64,000 bases of DNA, taken from NCBI GenBank assembly GCA_903917735.1, contig CAIXBR010000123.1:3883-67882 (forward strand). Reading direction: 5' to 3'. Each line of letters opens with the position of its first letter. Position 1 is the first letter of the stretch. The notes beneath the pieces were generated by a model. That model made no database searches. It saw only the letters and a program-made list of their open reading frames with translations, and was not told the origin of the DNA. Below are positions 36,787-45,300 of this stretch, piece after piece. A program made the position numbers and the translations under genes. This stretch comes from an uncultured Elusimicrobia bacterium. GTDB taxonomy: Bacteria; Elusimicrobiota; Elusimicrobia; Elusimicrobiales; UBA9959.

Positions 36787-37194
36787 CTGTAGGAAATATA
36801 AGAGCGGTTATTGCCTGTTATTTTCTTTTTTTTCGGAGAACCGCCCCTTTTTCTTCGCCTGAAATTTGTCGAAAACTTCCCTTACCGCTATAATAACAAA
36901 AAGCGGGGCTTTTCTTTGAAATTTTGCCGAGTCCCCCCGCGCCCGGCGGTTGCCGGGCGTATCGGGCGGTTAGTGGTTGGGTCAGTCGTCAGCCGGGGCG
37001 GGGTCTATTGCTTCGTATAAGTCGCCTTTGGGGTCCGGCTGGCTGTCTTCGTCTGGCGGGCCGCAGGTTTGCGACGCTTTTGCGTCAGGCTTTAACTTCG
37101 GGAAATCAGCGGGCAGGCCCAGGTGGGTTAAAAGCCGCACAAGTTCTTTATCATTGAGAATAATAGCGGCCGGCTTCATTTCCAGTTTACATTT
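36787..37194 (-). mobile_element. IS91-family 3'-end relic, copy E (long form, best preserved)
   Basis: Minus strand encodes KCKLEMKPAAIILNDKELVRLLTHLGLPADFPKLKPDAKASQTCGPPDEDSQPDPKGDLYEAIDPAPADD then stop, then the hairpin GCCCGGC-AACC-GCCGGGC, an AT-rich block, and the outer end ..CCTACAG. Confidence 0.85.
36866..36894 (+). promoter_or_regulatory. Conserved sigma70-like motif inside the relic end (reads antisense to the transposase relic)
   Basis: TTGTCG-17 nt-TATAAT. The same spacing is found in copy B (24974-25002, TTGCTA), copy I (49252-49280, TTGCTA), copy D (TTGCAA/TTATAA), and copy H on the opposite strand (48071-48099). Confidence 0.45.
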
Positions 37195-37196
37195 GA

Positions 37197-37850
37197 TTAT
37201 GGAACCTGTGGGGGCTCGTGACTAGCAGCTGATGGCAAGATTTTGGGTGTTGTATTCTTATCAACCTGCTCCCCTATCCCGGGATGGTCTTTTTTCAACT
37301 GCGCCATTTCGGCTTTATTGGCGTCCCGCAGTGCTTTGAGAGATGCGCTTTGGCCGGCTTTCCTGGCTTTCATGGCCCTGCGTATTTCCGACTGAGGCTT
37401 CGACTTCAGACTTTCCCTGAGCACCGCTATTTCCTCTGCCTGACTGTTTTTTAATTCGGTGATAGCAGCTCTGTGCTTTTTCCTGAGTTCATAAACGGTG
37501 CTTATTTTCTCCTGCCGGGCCGGCTCCTGCTTAACCGGGGTTCCGGACAACTCAGGCGGGAGCAAAGCACCGGCCGGCTCAGACTTAATCGGAGCTCCTG
37601 CCGGCTCGGACTTGAGGAGGGTTCCGTTCGGCTCTGACTTGACCGGGGCTCCGGCCAGTTCGGGTTTGAGCAGCGCTCCGGACGGCTCAGACTTAAGCGA
37701 GGTTCCGGCAGGCTCGGATTTGAGCGGGGTTCCGGGCTGATCGGACTGTACCGGGGTGGTGGATATTGCAGGCCTGCTCTCCTGGGTGTTTTGCGCGCAG
37801 GAAGGCGCAGCGAACCAGACCGCTGTCATTACCGCAAATATCGTTTTCAC
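37197..37850 (-). CDS. Secreted protein with 9-aa tandem repeats and a basic helical C-terminal half
   Basis: Signal peptide MKTIFAVMTAVWFAAPSCA, eight LKSEPAG(A/T)x-type units, then an ELKNSQAEEIAVLRESLK.. helical region. Confidence 0.65.
   Translation of the reverse strand: MKTIFAVMTAVWFAAPSCAQNTQESRPAISTTPVQSDQPGTPLKSEPAGTSLKSEPSGALLKPELAGAPVKSEPNGTLLKSEPAGAPIKSEPAGALLPPELSGTPVKQEPARQEKISTVYELRKKHRAAITELKNSQAEEIAVLRESLKSKPQSEIRRAMKARKAGQSASLKALRDANKAEMAQLKKDHPGIGEQVDKNTTPKILPSAASHEPPQVP
37533..37748 (-). repeat. 27-nt in-frame tandem repeat (about 8 units)
   Basis: Repeated GGCTC(A/G)GACTT(A/G)A..GG..C(C/T)(G/C)C units encoding (L/V)KSEP(A/S/N)G(A/T)(L/P/S). Confidence 0.7.
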
Positions 37851-38044
37851 GTTTCCCTCCTGATGGTATTGCTTGATATTACAAAAATCCGGCCGCCTCA
37901 GTTCTTCCGGAATACTACCGAGCGCGGCCAGCAGAATTCCTAATAGATGCCGAACCGGCGATGGGCTATACTTATAATATTCGGAGGCCGGGCCGGGCTT
38001 CGGAGTAATGAGTTTAAAAGACGACTCAATAGGGAGAATATTCC

Positions 38045-38317
38045 ATGAATGCGATATTTTTTATATCTCTTCTGGCGCTCGCGCTCAGCGGATGTTTTGT
38101 GACGGGCAAGCCCGGAGGCGGGATGGAAATTATCCCGATCCTGCCGGCGGTCGTAGAAGTGGATATGGATTCCCATTATGAATACAACGGGTATCACTAC
38201 TACTATGACCATGACCGCTGGTACTACTCGAATTCAATGGGGGGCTCCCGGAGGGAACTGCCGAGAAACCGATGGCCCAGAGAGGTCCGGCACGGGAACG
38301 GGAATCCTCATCGGTAA
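38045..38317 (+). CDS. Small Tyr/His-rich lipoprotein, hypothetical
   Basis: Lipobox LALSGC, then HYEYNGYHYYYDHDRWYY. Confidence 0.55.
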   Translation: MNAIFFISLLALALSGCFVTGKPGGGMEIIPILPAVVEVDMDSHYEYNGYHYYYDHDRWYYSNSMGGSRRELPRNRWPREVRHGNGNPHR

Positions 38318-38321
38318 AAAG

Positions 38322-38626
38322 CCGCCTTTATAATAACTAGCCTATGGCCATGCCGTAACAAGAGCTATGTGCATCAGACAGCCAAAAATCGCGGTTTTTC
38401 TTTAAAATTTTGCTGAGTTCCCCCGCGCCCGGCGGTAGCCGGGCGTATCGGGCGGTTAGTGGTTGGGTCAGTCGTCAGCCGGGGCGGGGTCTATTGCTTC
38501 GTATAAGTCGCCTTTCGGGTCCGGCTGGCAGTCTTCGTCCGGCGGGCCGCAGGTGTGTTCATATAACGTCGCTTGCGGGGCCGGTTTAAACTTCGGGAAT
38601 TCAGCAGGCAAGCCTAAGTGAGTTAA
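38322..38626 (-). mobile_element. IS91-family 3'-end relic, copy G (short form, carries mini-repeat m2)
   Basis: Minus strand encodes LTHLGLPAEFPKFKPAPQATLYEHTCGPPDEDCQPDPKGDLYEAIDPAPADD then stop. Hairpin GCCCGGC-TACC-GCCGGGC. Ends at GAGTTAA (38626). Confidence 0.8.
38338..38383 (+). repeat. 46-nt hairpin mini-repeat, copy m2
   Basis: TAGCCTATGGCCATGCCGTAACAAGAGCTATGTGCATCAGACAGCC. It interrupts TATAATAAC | AAAAATCGCGG, which is contiguous in copies B, E and I. Confidence 0.65.
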
Positions 38627-38715
38627 CTATGTCGAAGGGTTTTTCTTAAATCTGGCTCCCCCGATTGAATGATTTCCGCAACTTTATGAAAGAAGAAACG
38701 GATTTATTTCAGACC

Positions 38716-38740
38716 TCAATTGTGCAGTATACACAATTGA
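38716..38740. promoter_or_regulatory. Perfect inverted repeat, candidate operator
   Basis: TCAATTGTG-CAGTATA-CACAATTGA (9-bp arms) in an AT-rich spacer ~640 nt upstream of the giant gene. Confidence 0.35.
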
Positions 38741-39375
38741 AGCACTAATATTCATTTGGCCGGATTTTCACGGGAGAAGGTCAATATTTATCCGTAACCG
38801 TATACAAACGTTTACGCCCTCTAATAACTTTTGCCGAAGGTTTTTAACGCCGTTGAACAGCTTTTCCGTGAAGGGAAGGCCGTTCGGCGCCCTGGGCGCG
38901 GGCCAGCGGTTGACGCTGGCGTTCAAGTTCGGGAAAGAACTTGAAGGTTCCGGCCGGAAGCCCGCAGACTCCCCTGTTACCCGCGGGAAGCGCGCGGAGC
39001 ATGAAAAGGCCGCGCCGCTCCCCTTGCGAAAGAGAGCGGAAAAACGCTGCTCGAACAGCAGCTGGAAGAAAAGTTCCTGACGTGGTAAAAGTTCGCCTTT
39101 CCTGGCGGCCGTTCCGACCCCCATTAAGCAACAATCATCTGAGAATGTAAGAGTTCCTCCGCGGAACTCCTTCTGTACTCAACTTTCCCTTGAAAATTAC
39201 CGGTTTATCACGTATAACATCCGATAATATTGTTTGGTAAATGTTTGATGATTTGATGGTTTTTCCCTGATTTTTATCCGACACATTACAAACGGTAAAA
39301 AAATAAGGGTGTTCTTGTGGCCTCGGGAATTAACAGAGGTTGATTTGCGGCGTTTTACGGCGCGGCATCCGGCCT

Positions 39376-42300
39376 ATGAAAAGGATAATATTGTTTTTAG
39401 CGGCAACGGTACTCCTGTCGGCGGCGGTTTCCGCCGAACCGGAGTTGTTCCCGTTCAAGAACGGCATCCGGCCGCTCACCCCCGATCAGGAAGCGTACTT
39501 GAAGGACAGGGTGGTCCGGATAAATTCCATCAAGCCCAACAGACTGGCTCTGGCCAGGAGCGCCGCCGCGTCCGCGCCCCAGGCCGGACTGCCGCCCTCC
39601 GTCAGCAACTGGCAATACCTTCCCAAGGTCGGCAACCAGGGCGGCCAGGGCAGTTGCGCAGCGTGGTCCACCTGTTACTATTACAAAACCTACCAGGAAG
39701 CCAAGGAGCATGGCTGGAATAACCCCGATTACGGCGTGAATCCGGACCATGTCATGAGTCCGGCGTTCTGTTACAATCTTGTCAATGGTGGGGAGGACGG
39801 CGGGAGCATGCCCTCCTGGATAATGCAGATGATAGCGGATCACGGCGACGCTACCTGGCAGGATATGCCGTACGACCAGGGGGACTATCTCTCATGGCCG
39901 TCCCAGGCGGCATGGAAGAACGCCCTCCTCTACCGGGCGCAGAGCGCGGCGACCATAGATATTACCACCGATGCGGGAATAACGGCGCTTAAACAGCAAC
40001 TGGCCAACGGGGATATAGCCGTCATCGCGTTCAACGTCACGGCCAGCTTCGACCATTATCCCAGCGACTATCCCGGGGTCAACAGCCAGGTGCTTTATGA
40101 TAATTCCGGCGGCTCGCGCGGCGGGCATGCTGTGACGGTGATGGGCTATGACGACACCAAATCCTATGTGGGCGGTAACGGCGTTACCCAGCACGGCGCG
40201 TTCAAGATAGTAAATTCCTGGGGCAATACATGGGGAATAACCGACCCCGACATCGGGACCAAGGGATTTGTGTGGATGGCTTACGCATACCTGAAGAGCA
40301 AGACCGGCTACGGGCAGGCCTGGACTATGGTCGACAGGACGGGATATCAGCCTACCGTCTACGGAACCTTCGGCCTGGAGCATCCCAGCCGCGGGGACCT
40401 TAACGTTTATTTCCTTGGCGGCAGCAATAACGACAGTCCGGATTGGTCTTTTAACGCGCTGCCCAGCATGGGCGGGACGCATGCAGTTGCGCAGAAGGTC
40501 ACCGTGGACCTGTCATTGTACAGTCCCGATCTTAATGGTAAATTCTGGCTTAAGGTCAGCGATTCCCTGTCCAATTCCGCCACGGGACAGATAACATACA
40601 TGGGCGTTCAGCAGGCCGGTGGTCAGGAAGAAGTCTCGGCGGACACCCCGAAAAATACGCAGAACGGCAGCTATGTCTATGTACAGCTTTCCAACGGCGG
40701 AGGGGTAGGGTATACCGCGCTCGATCCTTCGTTCACCCAGGTTAACATTACAAGCCTCACGGTGACCTGGGACCTGATACCCGGCGCTAATTATACGGTA
40801 GTGCTGAGTTCGGACAGTTATTACACCGGCATTCTGTCTTCCGGGACCCAGGCCCAGAATTCCATCAACTTCCCCGGCCTTTCGGCAGGCGCAAGATATT
40901 ATTTCCAGGTCAAGATATCGACCGAATCGGACATGGGTTATTTTTACAACCGTTCTTCGGCCAGGACCCTGGTGGGGACATGGTCGGCCGCGACTGCGAT
41001 GTCAACGCCGCGGGGTTATCATGCCGCCATACTGCTGCCGGACGGCCGGGTGCTTGTTGCCGGCGGCTCCAGCGGCTCCTATCTCTCCTCCGCGGAAGTG
41101 TACGATCCGGGCGCAGGCACCTGGTCAAGCGCGGGTTCGATGGCGGCCGCGCGGACCTTTCCCGGCGCCGTGCTGCTGTCCGACGGCCGGGTGCTTGTCT
41201 CCGGAGGTTCCGGCTCCGGCGGTTTTCTTTCTTCCTCCGAACTCTACGACCCGGAGACCAATGCCTGGTCCGGCGCGGGGTCCATGTCCTCTCCGCGCGG
41301 GCGCCACACCGCCACGTTGCTACCTAACGGTAAGGTGCTTGTGACCGGCGGTTATTATTATGATAGTGAATGGCATTATCTTTCTTCCGCCGAGTTCTAC
41401 GACCCGAAAACCAATGTCTGGTCGAGCGCGGGCTCCATGTTTTCTGAGCGGGTATTTCATACCGCCACGCTTTTGCCTAACGGCAAAGTGCTGGTGGCAG
41501 GCGGGGATAACGGCTATCTCCCTCTCGCTTCGGCCGAGCTCTACGATCCCGTCACCAACAGCTGGTCAGCCGCTGCCGCGCCGCTATATGCGCGATATGC
41601 CCACACCGCCACGCTGCTGCCCGGCGGCAAAGTTCTGGTCGCGGGCGGGGGGGGAGGCGGATCCACCTCAGAACTCTACGATTCGAATACGAACAGCTGG
41701 TCGAGCGGGGGAGACATGCTGTCCTCGGGCCGTCAGTCTTCCACTTCGGCATTGCTGCCCGACGGCAAGGTTCTTGTGGCCGGCGGCCAGGGAGGCGGTT
41801 CCTCGACCGAGCTCTACGATCCGAAGACTAACGGCTGGTCGAGCGCTGGTTCGATGCTGTCTTCGGAGCGGGCCTACGGCACAGCCTCGCTGCTGCCCGA
41901 CGGCAGGGTTCTTGTGGCGGGCGGATACAGCAGCGGCTACCTTTCCTCCACCGAACTCTTCTCCCCGGCCGATCTGGTTTTGACAAAGTTGGCCCCGGTC
42001 TTTGCACAGGTGGGGGTTTCAAACCTTTCTGTTACATGGACGCCCGTTCAGGGCGCTAATTACACGGCTGTGCTTTCTTCGGACGCGAGTTTCATGAACC
42101 TTGCATCTTCAGCGACCCAGAGCGGAAATTCGGCCGGCTTTACGGGGCTTTCGCCCGCTACGCGGTATTTCTTCGAGGTCAAGCTTTCCACCGAGACCGA
42201 ATGGGCCTATGCGGGGAACACGATCTCCACCGCGACGCCTTCCCCCGCGGTCCTGTCCTGGACCGGAGAAACTAATTATGCCGCCGACGGACTGGACCCC

Positions 42301-45300
42301 GAAACCGGAACATCCACGATGACATTCACATACCGGGTTAAATTTACCGACGCCAACGGCAAAGCCCCGGCGGCCGGTTATCCGAAGCTCCATATACGGA
42401 AAGGCGGCGATGAAATAGTCGGCAGCCCGTTCACGATGGATCACATCAGCGGCGGTCCCTTAGCCGGCGCGATATATGAGTATTCGCGAAAGTTAAGCGC
42501 GGGAACGGATTATTCCTGCTATTTCGAGGCTTATGATTCCGATAATAACAGGGCCGCGGGGCCGCCCGTCTCGGCGGTGGACTCCCCGGACGTCTATGAC
42601 GGCGTCTGGGCGGTTGCGAATCATATGTCGTTGGCGCGAAGCGCCCATGCCGCAGTGCTGCTGCCCGGGGGCCGCGTGCTTATGGCCGGCGGTTCCAACG
42701 GATCTTACATTTCCTCCGCGGAGCTCTATGACCCGAACACTAACGCTTGGTCAAGCGCGGGTTCCATGTCATCAGCGCGCACCTATCACAGCGCCACGCT
42801 GCTGTCAGGCGGCAAAGTGCTGGTAGTAGGAGGGGCAGGAGGCGGCTCTTCTTCCGAGCTCTACGACCCGGACGCGAACAGCTGGTCGGGCACGGGCTCT
42901 ATGGCGTCGGCGCGGTATTATCACACCGCCACGATGCTGCCCAGCGGAAAGGTGCTTGTGGCGGGCGGCTCAGGCAGCGGCTGTCTTTCCTCGGCCGAGC
43001 TCTACGATCCCAATACGAACACCTGGTCAAGCGCGGGTTCCATGTCGGCGGCCAGGGAGTTCCATGCCGCCGTGCTGCTGTCTAACGGCAAGGTACTGGT
43101 GACAGGGGGGTATAACGGCAGTTCATATCTTTCCTCGGCCGACCTCTACGACCCTAATACGAACAGTTGGTCGAGCGCGGGTCCGATGTCTTATTCGCGC
43201 GGGTCGCACACCGCTACCTTGCTTCCCGGCGGGAAAGTGCTTATCGCGGGCGGAGGCTCCACGGCCGAGCTTTACGATCCGAACACCAATACCTGGTCGA
43301 GTGCGGGCTCTATGTACGTGACGCGCTACGACCACACGGCCACGCTGTTGCCCGACGGCAGGGTGCTCGTCGCCGGCGGTTCGGGCAGCGGTTATCTTTC
43401 CTCGACCGAGCTTTACGACCCGAACACGAATACCTGGTCAAACGCTGGGGCCATGTCGGCGGCACGATATTATCACACCGCCACCCTTCTGCCGTCCGGC
43501 AAGGCGCTGGTTGCCGGCGGTTATTATTATGAAAACAACACGTGGCATTATCTCTCATCCGCCGAACTCTACACTCCTGTCGGTTTAATGTTGACAAAGG
43601 TGACCCCGTCCCTTACGCAGGTGGGATTTTCGAGCTTTACCGTGACATGGACGCCGGTCGCCGGCGCGAATTACACGGCGGTCCTTTCCACAGACGCGAA
43701 TTTCATAAGCCTTGATTCTTCTGTGACCCAAGGCGGGAATTCAGCGACCTTTACGGGTCTCGCGCCGCTGACGCGGTATTTCTTTGAGGTCAAACTCTCC
43801 ACTGAAGCGGAATGGGCTTACTTCGGAAACAGAATATCCGCCGCGACGCCTTCTCCCGCGACCGCGCTGCATCCGCAATTCTTCCAGGTTTACGCGGCGA
43901 GCGCGACCGTGACCTGGGATGCTGTTCCCGGTTCCGCTTATACGGTGGTCCTGGGTTCCGATAGTTTCTACACGAATATCGTGTCGTCCGCGGGCCAGGC
44001 CGCGAACACAAAGACCTTTACGGGACTCAGTGCGGGAACAAGCTGGTATTTTGAGGTCAAGCTTTCTTCCGAAACCAATGCGGCTTACGCCTTCAATAGG
44101 ATATCCACGGCCACTCTTGCGGTCATGCCCTATCTCTCCGCCGGGCCGGTGTTTACGCATCTCTGCGCCAGCAGCATGACCGTGAACTGGTCTTCCGGAA
44201 CGGCCGCAATCGGTTTTGATCCTGCCGGCACGCTTTACACAGTGGAGCTCTCTACGGACGCCGGCTTCCAACCGGTGCTGGCTTCATCGCAAACTTACGG
44301 CCTGAGCGGAGTATTTGAGGATCTATCCCCTAACACATCCTATTATGCCCGTGTGCAGGCAATGAACGGCGGCGGTACGGGTACGGATTTCACCGCATTG
44401 GGCGCAACAGCCACTCTGGCGGTCATGCCCGGCCGGCCGGCGGGCGATGTGTACACGAAAATCTTCGCCGGCAGTATGACGGTCAACTGGTCTTCGGGGA
44501 CTGCTGCGACCGGCTACGATCCGGCCGGCACGCGTTACAAAGTGGAATTTTCAACATCAGCCGGATTCATCCCGATCTGCGGTTCCTCGCTGACATACGC
44601 TTTGAGCGCGGGCCTTACCGGTCTCGAGCCGGATACCATCTACTATTCAAGGATCGCGGCGGTAAACCGCTCAGGTGAGCCCTCTCTCTGGCTCGTCGCT
44701 CCGTCCACGGCCACCCTTCCCAACCCGCCGGCGGACGATAGTTCCCCGGTGAGGGACATGTCGGCCGGCAGTTTTGAATATCGATGGTCGGCCAACGACA
44801 ATCCTTCCGGAACGCTCTACGTGGCCCAGCTCTCGACCGCCCCGGGTTTTTCCGGGAGCGGCGATCGGCCGACCGCGACTGCCGGGACTTCCGCCAATTT
44901 CGCGGGTTTGACCGGCAATACGGCTTATTATGCGAGGGCGTATGCCATAGGCCGCGCAGGGCACATAACTCAGTTCAATACCGTAGTTTCCACTGTCACG
45001 CCGCCCCAGGCCCCCGCCGCCGGGGTTTTCAGCGTAGCCGGCTCGTCCGCGCTAACCGCCAACTGGGGGTTGGGCCTTAACAACGCCGCCGGGTTGACCT
45101 ATCTGGCACAGCTTTCCGTTTCGAATGTTTTTGCGGACGTCCTCGCGTCATCCGCTACGGCGGGAGTCTCGGCGGTATTCGGGCTTGGCGGACAGGGAGC
45201 CCCGCTCACTCCCGACACTTCCTACTACGTGCGCGTACTGGCGCTCGGTTATAGCGGTGCAGGGAACTTTTCGGACCTCGGGGGGATAGCAACGCTGGCT

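Noticed and set aside
36977-37225. Conserved antisense ORF family in the relics (MGQSSAGAGSIASYKSP.GSGW.SSSGGPQVC.., also 47731-47988 and 49364-49546)
   Set aside because: It is the shadow frame of the transposase C-terminal coding sequence in GC-rich DNA. It has TTG starts and no RBS. Substitutions between copies do not favour this frame over the transposase frame.
38768-39124. 118-aa and overlapping ORFs in the GC-rich block upstream of the giant gene
   Set aside because: Four overlapping frames on both strands are open and none shows a motif, signal peptide or RBS. It is treated as a possible gene relic only.
33421-39130. Classical integron cassette array
   Set aside because: There is no intI-type tyrosine recombinase in the window. 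The inter-gene repeats are 100-400 bp transposon relics, not 60-140-bp attC imperfect palindromes with R/L boxes.
39340-39375. Upstream-extended starts given by the track (39340 TTG; also 4308, 5713, 9757, 51735, 56524)
   Set aside because: The internal ATGs are preceded by good Shine-Dalgarno sequences. They also begin at the signal peptide or at the conserved N-terminal motif. The extensions add non-homologous residues.
40975-43860. Regular ~150-nt periodicity that could suggest a CRISPR-like or satellite array
   Set aside because: The periodicity is in-frame Kelch repeat coding sequence inside one long ORF. The units are only loosely similar at the DNA level and there are no unique spacers.
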